A stretch of DNA of 49,451 bases, counting the filler, from Bipalium vagum (Eukaryota): assembly GCA_037834085.1 (NCBI GenBank). It is 3 parts of 3 records of this genome, joined end to end, with 100 filler letters (N's around TTAATTAATTAA, not from the genome) between each part and the next. Parts side by side here need not be neighbours in the genome. Positions count along the whole stretch, not along the records: positions 15,878 to 32,519 come from JBBMKC010100885.1; positions 32,620 to 49,451 come from JBBMKC010082355.1; 1 more part is not named here. One strand, given 5' to 3'. The notes beneath the pieces are model-generated. The model made no database searches. It was not told the DNA's origin and saw nothing but the letters and a program-made list of their open reading frames with translations. The position numbers were made by a program, and so were the translations under genes. Each line of letters begins with the position of its first letter. The stretch's first letter is position 1. Positions 25,697-38,199 of the stretch are shown here, in pieces.

Positions 25697-27352
25697 CACT
25701 GCCTTCGGAAAGTATTTGTACATCCTTTAAGTATAACTTTGAACTCTAACAACTCTTACAAAAAAGCAATAAAATTTAAGATTTTTTCAACACATATTTA
25801 TTGATAATTACCAAACATAGTAACATAGAAAAAATTTTAAATAACTAATTAAGTGTCAAACCGAAGCTTCATCTATGTAACCCTGTTTTTCAATGATTAT
25901 CTGGCATAGCCTTGGCATCCTTTCTAATAAATTTCTTAAGATATCTGGTTTAATTTTTACCCATTCCTTCTGGAGTTTCTGCCACAGATCCTTCTGTGTA
26001 TTTGGGCAAGTTTTTCTAACACTTCGGTCAAATTCATCCCATAGTAACTCTGTGGGATTAAGGTCAGGTGATTGAGAGGGCCAGATCATTATTTTTATGA
26101 TTTTTTTTCCATCTTTTTCAAATAATCCTGACATAGTTTGGCTTTATGTTTGGGATCATTGTCCTGTTGAAAAGTAAAATTATTGCTGATAATTCTTAGT
26201 CCAGAAGGAATGGCGTTACTTCATAGTATATTTTTATAGCCTTCTTTGAATAGTTTCCCATCAATTTTGATTAGATCTCCTAATGATGGACCACCAAAAA
26301 AAACCCCAAATCATAACAGATCCTATAACAGATCCTAACAGATCATAACAGATCCTAACAGATCATAACAGATCCTATAGATAGTTATGATTATGCATTG
26401 ATCTGAGAACCTCTCACCAGTAGACCTGCGAGAAATACACACCTTCTTGATCCAAAAACTTCAAACTATGATTTATCCGACCAAAGTACCTGACACCAGT
26501 CTTCGGATGACCAGTTTTGGTGTTCTCTGGCTCACTCTAATCTTATCTTCTTATTTTTATGCCGAAGTAATGGTTTCCTAGTGGCAATTCTTCCAAATAG
26601 ACCAGCCTTTTAAAGCCGGTCTTTTACTGTTGTTATGATAATACATCTTTCTCGGGCATGGTTTATGTGAGAGTCAATTTCTGGTGCCGTTAGACGTTTA
26701 TTACGCTTGCTCGTTATTATAATTCTACAGTCTTCTGTATCAGTAGTTTTTCTTGGTCGTCCAGCTCTTTCATTGTTCTTAATAATGCCGGTATCATTGT
26801 ATTTCTTTATTATAGCGCTAACTGTTGTATACCATAATTTTAAATTTCTGCCAATTTAACGAGCACTGATATTCATTTTATGTTGGGAAATAATCATACA
26901 CCTTTTCTCCAACGAAATCTCATTAGTTTTAACCATACCTTAAATTTTTTTATATATTAAAATTATTAAGCAACATTAAAATTATTTCAAAAAATCTTAC
27001 TTAATTTAAAATTCCAACAAAAAACAAAAATGAATAATTAAAAAATTGGCTTTTTAACTAAGTTATATTAACAGTAATTTAAAAATATTAATTTAACTTT
27101 ACTTGCCTTAATTATATCCGAATAAAATGATAAAGCTTTTAGAAATATTTTTTAGCTAAATTTTATAAAAATCAAAATGTAGAAATTCATATTGTAAAAT
27201 TTATTATCTTTGTGTTTCATCGTTATATATATGTAAGGGTCCTAATAAATTTAAAATTACAATTGGTTTTTAAAGAAAACATTAAGCTATGTTAGAAAAA
27301 TTGATCATTTTGCATTTTAAGAAGGGTTTACAAATACTTTCCAACGGTAGTG
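25697..27352 (-). mobile_element. Tc1 (DD34E) transposon, full length, defective
   Basis: About 31-bp imperfect TIRs with TA flanks; transposase 26936-25856 with WSDKS, GSVMIWG, FQQDNDPKH and WPSQSPDLNPTELLW; contains stops and an internal tandem expansion. Confidence 0.93.
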
Positions 27353-27442
27353 TACATTCAATTGTTTATTAAAAGGTTACCATATTACTTTTTTTAATTT
27401 ATTCTATTATTAGCTGTAAATATTAGATTTCCAGAAAATGAA

Positions 27443-27500
27443 AGGATTTTTTACCGTTCTCGTACCCCCAAATTAGCGTTTGTTTTAATTGTTCAAAATC
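27443..27500 (+). mobile_element. solo terminus of the TIR family at 38538-39996
   Basis: AGGATTTTTTACCGTTCTCGTACCCCCAAA is identical to the left end at 38538. Confidence 0.7.
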
Positions 27501-27899
27501 ATCATTTGTTACTAGTAACAATCAAAATTCAAAAATTATAATTAATATAATATAATAATTATAATATTCCTAATTATATTAAATTAAATACTTAATTAAT
27601 TATTATAGATATTTCTTATTTCTTAAAATTATTTAATAGTTAAAAATAAAAAATTTATTATAGATACATAATACATTGTGGAATATCAATAATGAAGTCT
27701 TCTTCCAGATCCTTCATATATCATAAGACAGTTTCTAAAATTATACAAACTTTCTTAATAAAGTTTTTTGTAATTTTGAAAAAATATATTGATTTAGGAG
27801 TATTATCTGGATTTGTTTCAACACACTGGAACAGTGTCTACGATAAAGTGAAAGATTTAATAATGATATAGTTCGCTGAAAAAGAATTTAGATACTGCA

Positions 27900-28700
27900 A
27901 TTACTGCATTATAACCTATTATTGAATTGTTGAAAATTTAATTGCATATTATCAAAATACGGATCGTGATTCCATGGCAGATATAATTAGAAAGAGACAT
28001 TCCTTGATTAGAAATAATATAGTCGAGTTAATAATGTGGTTAATATATAAACTAGGTGTCTGAAAATTTGAAGGTCACCTATTGTTTATATAAAGTAAAT
28101 TTAATAAATTTGGAAATTTAATTTTGGGCCACATTTCATGATTGTTGATAATAAAAGTAATATTTTTTCAGAAATAATATTCTTATCAGAAAGGAATCTT
28201 AGTTATTCTCAACAGTGAATCTTTATATATCAATAGACAATTAGGAACAAAAGGAAAGCGATCTCATCTTGGAAGCAATGAAGTCACTTTTGACGTTTAG
28301 TTCCAAGTTTTCCATTGAACATTTTTATAATTTAAAATTTTTAAATCATGCGTTATAAATACAAAAGGAAAGATTTTGGCAGATTGAAAATGGAGATTAT
28401 TCTGATATTTTGTTGGTATGCTTAATAAATAAAAGTTTAATTATGCAGTCTTCTTAAATATTAAAAATTATTGTGTAATAAATTGTGCACTACTGTATTC
28501 ATTTGATGTGGCACATTGCGTAATATTTTTTAGTGTGCGGTTACCAAATTTACGAGAAGAAACCCAATTAGAACCCGCTAACCCGTAGCCAGTAAAATAT
28601 AAATCCAACCCATCGGGTCTCATTCCAGTTAATACATTAGTCAATTATTAATATAAAACGACCTATTCTGACACAGACATGTAATAATTCGCTTTTTAAG
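27900..28700 (-). pseudogene. probable decayed tyrosine recombinase (Crypton-like or virus-like)
   Basis: Frameshifted motifs in catalytic order: LTGMRP (28615-28632), WKT (28306-28314), PSNF/FRH (~28056-28075), SAM/NH (~27966-27981). Confidence 0.35.
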
Positions 28701-29458
28701 TTTCATTTGCTATTAAAGATATGAAATTGATTTATGGGCTTACTTTAAGGTAAGAATATCGAAATTTCACTTCAAATGTAAAATATTCAAGTGATAAACT
28801 TTAATAAGTTACTACTTTCAACACTTTGATTAACTTTCATTCAACAGTTGTCAGTAGTATTTCTGAAATTTCTCTTTATAGGCCTTAATGACTTCATGTC
28901 CGTGATTTAATAGTATGACTCATAATTCAAAATTGTTGAATCATAACCATTGAATGTTTCATGCTAAACAATGAAAATTTTTTATCTGATTCAACAAATC
29001 TATAATACATTTATTCATTGAAAATGTCGTGACTAAAACTTCAAAATAACTCCCTAATTTCTATTGAAGTGTCTCAAGATTAACAATAAAATCTCAATTG
29101 TTGTAATGCCACTTTTCATTCCACCTATTTTCATTGTTTTAATAACGAATTTACATTTCAAAGTTAGAAAAATAACTTCATTATCTGTTAAATAATGATT
29201 TTTATAATAAAACTTAAAATTATATAAATCAGTTTTTAAAAAGAAGTTATATTGAAAAATAATTCATCTGAAATAACACTCAAAACCAGACATTTAATAA
29301 TTAATTGTTCCTAAATTTAAATGTTAATCTAAAAAAATCGACTCAACCATGTAGAAATTATGAATACCGGATTTACAAATTATCGACCAAAAAATATGAT
29401 GGTATTAATGTGAACAAATATATTAACTAAATACAAATTTTAAAATTCCTGAAGCCAA

Positions 29459-30130
29459 TTATAAATCTGATTTAGTTCTCTGCTCTGCAGCAGCAGGATC
29501 ATGAATGGGCATTTTTTCGTTAATTAATTTGATAAAATCTTTTTTCTCTGTGCATCCCTTGCACTCCTCTCCCCAGCTCTCCAGGATTTTTTTCAGATCT
29601 TTTACTCTAGCCTTATTAAGATTCATTCCAATAAGATTGATTGGCTTTTCTAAAACATTAGATTTATTAAAAGAACCAAGCAGAAATACTTTTACCGTAT
29701 TTCAAATCGCAAATCTGTGAATCCATTGCTTTGAGCTTTTCACAAACTTTTTCGGCAGGCATTCCCCAACTTAAAGGCTCTGTTAAATGTTTAACGATGT
29801 ATGTAGCCGATGTTTCAAGGCCTCCGATGTAGTAACACTACAAGATAGTTTTAATAAGTTCCAATTAAAAACAATGTTACCAAGCTTTCGTCCTTATCTT
29901 TACTTGTCTTGCACATTTCTTTAAACTTTGCTTCTATTTTTTCTATTTTTGTGCTTTCGTCAGAAGTTAAGCTGTCTCTCAATTTTCTAACAAATTTTAC
30001 GCAAACTAAATATTAAAAGATAATATTAATTTAGTTCAATATCAATAAAAGTACCTTCGCAATTTTGCTCATTAACTGCACCTGATATTGAGTAAACATT
30101 TAATAATAAAATGAGTGATAAAAATTTCAT
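29459..30130 (-). CDS. MANF: mesencephalic astrocyte-derived neurotrophic factor / CDNF / ARMET homolog, 177 aa
   Basis: complement(join(29459-29649,29696-29837,29881-30005,30055-30130)). Signal peptide [67 protein letters not shown]-terminal KSDL. Introns of 43-49 nt, all GT-AG. Confidence 0.96.
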
Positions 30131-31870
30131 TGAAAACGATATAAACATATTTGTGAAAAATAAGTAATTGCTTTGTTGTAATAAAATTATTGGTTAAGGA
30201 ATTTTAAAATATCTCAGTGACGTATAATTGCTTGTTTAAAACTAATGTTCTACCAAAAATAATATCAATAATAAAAAATAAAAAATTTAAATTTTAAATA
30301 ACAGCATTTAGTAAAAATCAAAAATTCTTTTTCTCTATATTTAAGTTATAAATTTCTTTTAAAATTAATTTAAAATTTAAAGCAAGACTGGTACATAAAA
30401 TTTGAAATATTTTTAATAAAAAATTTCAATTTTATACTATAAATAAAAATTTTAATTTGATTTTATGATAAAAATTATTACATAAAGATTATTTTATAAT
30501 AAACAATGCTCAATAATGAAACTTTAATTATTGATGTCTTGTAAATAAAAATATAAATCAACATTTTCATAATTAAAATTAATCTAACAAATTTACGCTT
30601 CACAATGTATAAATGATCTTGACTATTATATCAAATCATTTGAAATTGTATTCCACTTTTGTCAAATACTAACAGTATATTTAGATTTTCGGTTTCCGCT
30701 TATGATAACTTCTAATATCACGAGTTCTTTTTAAGTTCACGACCACAACTGACTCAACTTGTAGTGGCTTAAGGCGAAGCCTGATTTTTCAAATAATTAT
30801 ATATTGTCATTATATTTCTTGTCCATCCATTTTAATGCTAATATACTTATTTTAAATAAATAAATAATCAGGTGTGCAGTACCAAAACCGACCAACCTTA
30901 TTATGGTACTCAAAAAATGATTTTGTAGAGACAGTATTCCGATGACCAACCGATAGATGATAATGTAGTTAGTGACTCTAGATTGCTTCTTTGGTAGGCA
31001 TAGTAGAACTCTCCTTCAATGGTCGCTTTGAAATTGCGTGTTAGGAGAGGAATCTCCTTCAGTGCACGTTTGCTCACCATTAAAGTGAGTTATTAAACTT
31101 AGGATTATTAAAATTGAAAACTTTTCTTACAGTTGATAATTATTAGAACATACATGAAAAACTTAAACCTATTGTTTGTTGATATTTTTATTGTATGTCT
31201 TTAACAGGAAATAGTATATATTCTGAAAACTTGGAAATCAATTTAACTAAGTTAGGGTATTTTATTGGAGAAAAAATTATTTTTAAAAAACAAATCTACA
31301 ATATTAATTGCAAATAAAAATGAATACACAATTAATAATGTTACAAATTTTGGATCAACAAATAATTATAATTTTTTCGGTTGGTATAATATTTATGCAA
31401 ATTATTTTATGTTTGAAGGAAAACCTTTACAGCAAACATCTGTTAAAAGTTATTAAGGAACATATATAATATTTTTACGATATATGATTTTGAAGAAACA
31501 GAGTTCACTTATAAGATATTACTTTGATTATAATTCTAAAGAAAGTGAATTTAGAGAAATTGTTAGTAAGGTTAAAGTTAAAATTCATTCAAGAGATATA
31601 AAAAATTTTTAAATTATATATTTCACCGTTTTTAAAGATGAAGAATTAAAAGAAATATAAATTTTTACTTCATATTTTTATCCTAATATACTTTACAGTA
31701 GTATGTAACATCAGACCTTGAACCTCGACTCTCAAATTCTCCCACAAGGTAAAAAAATCAAAAATACCAAATTACCAAATTACGACATACCAAAGTATGA
31801 CATTATAAAAATACCAAAATACCATAATAACAAAATACTTTTACCTTGTATTTATTTATTTTTATAAAAA

Positions 31871-32519
31871 ATGGATATAAAATGGTATTGTGAAATTTGT
31901 GATAAAAGTATTTCTAAGAAAAATAAATCTCATCATGATGATACAAGAAAACATGAAAAAAATATGAAAAAAATATGAAAAAAATATATGAAGAAAAATA
32001 TGAAGAAACAATGATATCAACGATAACAATGAGAAAACAATGAATAAAAACATCGAAAAAATAAGAAATGTAACGAAGATATTTATAAAAAATATCCAAG
32101 TTTTTTTTCTAAACAAGGTGGAGATTCAATATCTCATAGAGGTGGTAATTGGACAGAGTCCACGACGACTCATAGAGGCGGCGATATTCAATCAGCAATA
32201 ACAAATAATAAATTTCTAAACAAATTTACAACAGAAAAATATACAGGAGAATTAAATCTAAAATCTTTAAAACCTCTTAACAATACAACTCCTGTGTACC
32301 AATTTACTGGATCAGGCTCGAATATTGATAAAAGATTAGAAAAATATAATGAAATTATCAATAATTATAAAGAAACAGATAATTTAAACATTCCTCCAAT
32401 TCCTAAACCAGATTCAATACCAAATAAACAGAGTTGATCAAGCTGCAATGAAACATGATGTAAAATACATATCAAAAGATTTAAAAGATCGTCACGTTGC
32501 AGACATAGAAATGATACAT
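31871..32519 (+). pseudogene. C2H2/matrin-like zinc finger plus parvovirus VP1u-like phospholipase A2 (adintovirus/Polinton PLA2X-like), frameshifted, cut by the gap
   Basis: MDIKWYCEICDKSISKKNKSHHDDTRKHEKN; KQGG/HRGG/HRGG; GELNL; YQFTGSGSNIDKRL; P/INRVDQAAMKHDVKYISKDLKDRHVADIEM. Confidence 0.82.
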
Positions 32520-32619
32520 NNNNNNNNNNNNNNNNNNNNNNNNNNNNNNNNNNNNNNNNNNNNTTAATTAATTAANNNNNNNNNNNNNNNNNNNNNNNNN
32601 NNNNNNNNNNNNNNNNNNN
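32520..32619. other. artificial assembly spacer (44 N + TTAATTAATTAA + 44 N)
   Basis: Same 100-nt structure as 15778-15877. Confidence 0.97.
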
Positions 32620-32699
32620 TAATAATAATAATAGCAATAATAATAATAATAAATTATGCAGACATTTTTATCATTTTCATCAGATCTTATCCATGAAAA

Positions 32700-33550
32700 C
32701 TAAATAGAAAATCTACAAAATATTTTCGAAATAGCTTTTCTGAACAGTTTGAGTCTGAATTTTAGAGACTTCATTATGCATATCACACATCGTTTTTGTT
32801 AATTGTTTAAATGTCCACAATCTCTGGCCATGATTCTTTAATCTCAATGCCAATTTATCCGTGCCTTCATCATTAATCCAGACGACTAAAATGAGTAAAA
32901 TAAAACAAAAATTTTTCCTATTATTAATATAAATTATGTCAAGACATTTTAACAAAATACCATTCACATTTTAATAGTGTAAGTTGATTCGTTTATTGAT
33001 CAAACCATAAAAATTTATAGATAATAAATAAAAGCCAGTTTCTCGGTCAATAACCTTACCAGACCATTTAACCTATTAAAAAGAATTAAGCTATAAAATC
33101 TATGCTATCCTCAAACCAAAACAATCTTCTGATCATTCTTAATGCACGAAAATAAGCATTCCACTCGAATGCATCCATTGTTTATTTACCACATTTCAAG
33201 ACATCCTTTGGTTTCTATAATTAATCTGTAATAGATTGTCTGAACCAGTCTGGCACCAGGCTTCTTGTTACATCATCAACGTCATTTGTTTACTGTCTCT
33301 AATCATCAAAAGTCCAAAGATTTCAATGATAATTTGCCTTCTTTTATATGGTCTAATTGCGATTTTGCAGACAAATTTTAATTTTAGAATTTTCATTAGT
33401 TCAGATTATAACACAAAAGTCAAAGATTATTTTACCAACTCAACCATTATTCGTCGTTTAGTATATCTTGATACATCATCACAAGTGCATTAAACTCTCA
33501 TCATTAATACTCATGATCTATTTTTGTTGGACAACTTGTAAGAGTTATTT
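32700..33550 (-). mobile_element. heavily decayed Tc1-like transposase relic
   Basis: Traces WTFDD, LFWFEDSID and WPEIVDI in the order expected for Tc1. Confidence 0.4.
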
Positions 33551-35106
33551 TTAATTTTAAAAAATTTTGAATGATTAAAACAAAATAATATTTCCAACAA
33601 TACTGGAAAAAATGATCAGCAGCGTTTGTTTCGTTGTTTTTTTAACTATTAAAGATTAGAAACATATGTTTTTTACGATATGTGAACATTATTGATTGGT
33701 AATAATAATTGAGTGTAATAATTTTTTGGAACCAATTTTTATTTTTTTAATTTTATTTTTTAACCTTTTCAAAAACAATACTGGCTTTATCTGATGAAAT
33801 AGTAACTTAGTTGATTGCAACACCGACTTGATCAAATGAGAAATGACAGTTGGTTGCAACACTGTCATGTGACCACTTGCAAAATTGCCTTAATAGATCG
33901 AAAACACACTATATAAAAGTCAAAGTCAAGGAGATTGTTATTTGTTATATAACATATTAATTAATATATTTTATAAAGTAGTATATAATCCTAGTTATTA
34001 ATTTAATAAATTATTCTTTGGTCCACAAAGATACTTTCATATTACCTTCAACATTTAAGAGATAAGAATATATCTTATTCAGTGTTGATTGATTATGGTA
34101 TGGAGCTCTTTCATTCTATTTTTGAAATGTGGTCTTAAAAGAATTGAGTTAAATTCCACAACATTCATAAGCAAAATTAAGACACAGATCAAACTTTGTC
34201 TTCATTTATCGTCAAAAAAAACATTTTTTGTTGGATAAATATTTTTAATGTCAAAAATTTCTGTTTTGACATTTACAATAATAATAATAATAATAATAAT
34301 AATAATCTAAATTCTCTAGTCTGCAAACAAGACATGTGTCATGACGTAGATTGGTTTTCTTTTTTCTACTATTATTTTCTTTTTGATATATTATTCGACT
34401 CGTTTTTGTTACGACTGATCATATAATGAAATTCTGTTACATTCCGAAGGCCTTTTTTTAAGGCTGTAGTCTAATAATTATTGTATTTTAAATTTGACTT
34501 GAAAGGCACTAGAAATGTTTAGATTGAAATATTTTATATTATATTAAGATGGGTTTGAAAAAATTTCTCCAAAATATATTAAATTGGTTTTGGAATATTA
34601 CCGTGTCTATTCAGTGCAAATCCTTGCATTACTAAACACAGGACTTAATTGTATGAAAAGTTTATTACTGGAATAGGTCTACTTTCACACGGCCTGCTAA
34701 TTGAGTTTCGTTGAACTTAGACTTTTGACTTGAATTGAGAGATTTGAAGTGGCGAATCTATTTAGGCGTTGAGAGTTGTTCAATAACTATGTTTATTTCA
34801 ACAATGTACAAGCTTATCTCTCAATTACCAGGGAGACGATTTCAGACAGGTTTCATTTTATTGTTCTGTTGGTCTGTTGGCTATTATTAGTGGTAAAGTT
34901 CTCTTAAATAGAGATAGTCTCGGCAGTAAATTTTAATAATCTTGGAAAAAAATTGTCTTCATTAAAATTAAATTTATGTTAAGAGGTTTTGTTATAAATT
35001 GCATCTTCTCGGAAAGGAAAACTTTCTAATAATTTTTAAAATATTAGCTTGGTGTAAAGGGAATTGCAGTTTTTATGTTACTCGAATATTGTTGTAATAT
35101 TATATA

Positions 35107-35310
35107 ATATATCAATTGAATATTAATTATTGAATATTATATCAATTGAATATTAATTATTGAATATTATATCAATTGAATATTAATTATTGAATATTAT
35201 ATTAAATGAATATTAATTATTGAATATTATATTAAATGAATATTAATTATTGAATATTATATTAAATGAATATTAATTATTTAATTGTAATACATCAATT
35301 GAATATTATA
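35107..35310. repeat. 30-bp AT-rich minisatellite, about 6-7 copies
   Basis: Unit ATATCAATTGAATATTAATTATTGAATATT and a variant. Confidence 0.9.
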
Positions 35311-35609
35311 TCAATTTGAAACTTAATGTGATATTAACAAAACTTTTGACCTACCTTTTATTTTACATTAAATTCAGGCTCTAAAAATCTTGACAGGAAA
35401 GAAGGAAAATAGATGATTTTTGTATGAGTTCAAATTGAGCACTAAATCAGATTGCAAAATTAAATATACTTTCGGTACATATACCACTAATGAGCGTCTA
35501 TTAGATGAGACGCACCGCAGTTGACCAGTAACACTTGATAAGGGTAAACTGAAAGCTGTTACCATATCTGACCCGCGGTTTTGTAGTTAAAAATTTAAAA
35601 ATTGACACC

Positions 35610-35960
35610 AAAAAGTGGTTCAACATTTGAAGAAAATGGAAAAGGTAAAGAAGCTGAAAAGATTTGTCCAACATGGTATATAAGAAAGTAAAATTAGTAA
35701 AACATCTAAATCATCTTTAAATCCCATATTCTTTTCTATGAGTCAAAAACGAATTGTTTCTGGTTTTCATTGTAACATATGACAAGAACAACATGAAATG
35801 ATTTTAGTTTTTAGTTAGACCATGATGAAACTCCACATAACTTCCCAAAGCCTTAATTAAAAGAAAAGAAGATAATATTGAAGGTTTAGTGGTCACGAGT
35901 TGGTCTAGTCAATTTCACATTCCTAAAAAAAATAAGTGAAGATTTACTTACCAAAAATCG
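35610..35960 (+). mobile_element. decayed mariner fragment (cecropia-like)
   Basis: HLKKMEKVKKLKRFVQH, IVTYDK, LDHDETPHNFPK and KKIILKV.WS..GLV traces. Confidence 0.55.
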
Positions 35961-38199
35961 ATAAAAAAGATTTAAAAACATCAACGCCTAACTCCAAAAA
36001 AGGTCAAAAGAAAAGGTATAAATTCTGTTCCATGAAGGAGTAAAAGAACATTGTAAAAATTTTGACTTGAGATTATCCCTCACGCTTTTTATTTTCGAAA
36101 CCTTTTCCTTCAAATTATTTTTTTTAATATTATTTATTCTTTTAACAATTGGAATTGTTTTAATGGAAATTTATTATGTGATTTATTCAATTTTCATTCT
36201 CCAAAAAAATAAGATACGAATTAACAATGTTGACAGGGGTTCACAGTTGTTCTTATTGCTCAGTCTTCATATAAATCCTTGAATTCATAGAAAATAATGG
36301 TTTCATGATCTTTATTCCTTTAATCATTTTTCTTTAATTATCATCTCTTAAAAAGTTATTCATTTGTTTTCCCGTTTGAAAAAAGGAATTTCATCATTTC
36401 CAGAATCTGTTGACTTAGTGGAAGAATGAAAGTTTAGCACTTCTCTCACTTTTACTGATCTTAATTATAATTAAATGCCTTTGGTCCACGAAGTGTCACA
36501 GTTTAATTTCGATTGAATCATTAATTATATCAAATTAATGAGAGAAAATAATGAAAAGAATTGACAAAAAAAAATTGAATTTTACTTTCATTTATTGATA
36601 AACTAAAACTAAAGGAACTTCTGTTTCGAAAGATCACCATATTTACTAATCATTAAAAATACTCATTATTCTCACTCTTGTGTAATTTTTGTTTTAATCT
36701 TTAAAGTTTTTCACCCTGAAAATTTAAAATAAAAAATTGATTTGAAATGAAATTAAATCGAAAAAGAAAACGATTAATTAATTTTTTACATCAGATAAAT
36801 TTTTGGAAAATCTCATATTTAAATGAATAATTTTTTAGATTTCCAAATCCACCAGAGTTGCATTGCCTCCTCATGTGCACAGAGCAATTTCCCATCGTAA
36901 AGTGACAAATGAAGACAAATTATCAATTTTTAATGACAGAAAAATATTAGTCTTTAATAAATCTTCCACGGTTGAGAAAAATGCAGAAAAGTCAAATGTG
37001 CAAAATGACTTTTCACATCTTTCATATCATTTGACCAAGACATTTCATTCTCCCCCTCCAAATCGAAATCCATTTGATCTATCAGAAGCTCATTTTTAAT
37101 TTTAAAATTGAAATTTTATATAAATTCCGGTTTATAAAATATTTGCATAGAAATTATTTCTTGAAAAATAAAGATTGTTTAAATGAAACTTTTAATTAGA
37201 TTTCTATTAAAAAAAATAATTTTCTCATCCGTTTATCAATTAATTTTAATTATTCATTAAATTATTTATTTTATAAAATATTTTTGGTGGGAATGTCTTT
37301 TTGGAGTATTTTAGGATACATTAATAAAACATCACGTTGAAATAAATGATGTCAATTAGTTGAATTAAAACGAGCTCCCTAAAAAAACCATGTAAATAAA
37401 AAAATAAGTAATATATTATTTTTCATCAAAGATGTAATTAACTCGGTGATTGTATTGTAGGGAAATCCGAGAGGGAAATATTTACTTTTTGTATAATTAT
37501 TTTTCAAATGATTAATGGGTAAAAAACGTTTTTGTGGTTGTCCCAGAGTTTTTTTATCATTAATAAATTATCATTCAGTTTTATTATTAATTTATAAGCT
37601 TCAACATGAAAAAATGTCTTTTATTCTGAATGTGTAGAATAAATTAGTATACTTGAGAAACGTTGGAAGCCAAAAAATATTTCTTAGAAGCTTCATAGAA
37701 AAGACTGAAAATTAATTATTTTCCCAAAGAATTGAGAAATATTTCATTTGTTCAAATGCTTTAAAAAACATAAAGATCAATTATCAGTTAAAAGGTTGAA
37801 AATAGTTAATTATCAGCATTCCGTTGTGGTGATAAGTTTTTTATTCTCAGGCTATACTTACATTGTATAAAAAAAGTGTTAAACAGTTTAGAAGTTATTT
37901 TTGAATATATTATGTAATTGAAAATGTTATGTGTTCTCATATGAAAATGTAAAGTCCCTTTGCTATTTTAATAAGCAATAGAAAATCAACCATCAATCCT
38001 TTGGTATTGATATAATTATTTTTCCATAGTATATTATTTATTTCAAGAATTATCAATTTTAGTTTCAATTATTTGATAATTTGCAAAGAATGCTGATATT
38101 GAACGAAAGGGTTCAAATCATTTTATGGAAAAAGAAATTTGGTTCCTAAAGATTGTTTCAACCACAATGGAAATTTGATTTGAAGAATACATCTCACAG

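Noticed and set aside
28330-28500. piggyBac-like C-terminal motif on the plus strand
   Set aside because: No DDD core or TTAA-flanked TIRs; the minus-strand recombinase reading explains more motifs.
580-32519. Functional link between the AAV-receptor homolog and the parvovirus-like PLA2
   Set aside because: They are on different contigs and the PLA2 context fits Polinton/adintovirus better; treated as coincidence.
35107-35310. CRISPR-like periodicity
   Set aside because: Head-to-tail minisatellite with no unique spacers, in eukaryotic DNA.
35370-37099. Possible exons (36839-37099 plus; ~35950-36080 and 35374-35438 minus)
   Set aside because: Splice-like signals are present, but no recognisable protein or consistent gene model could be built.
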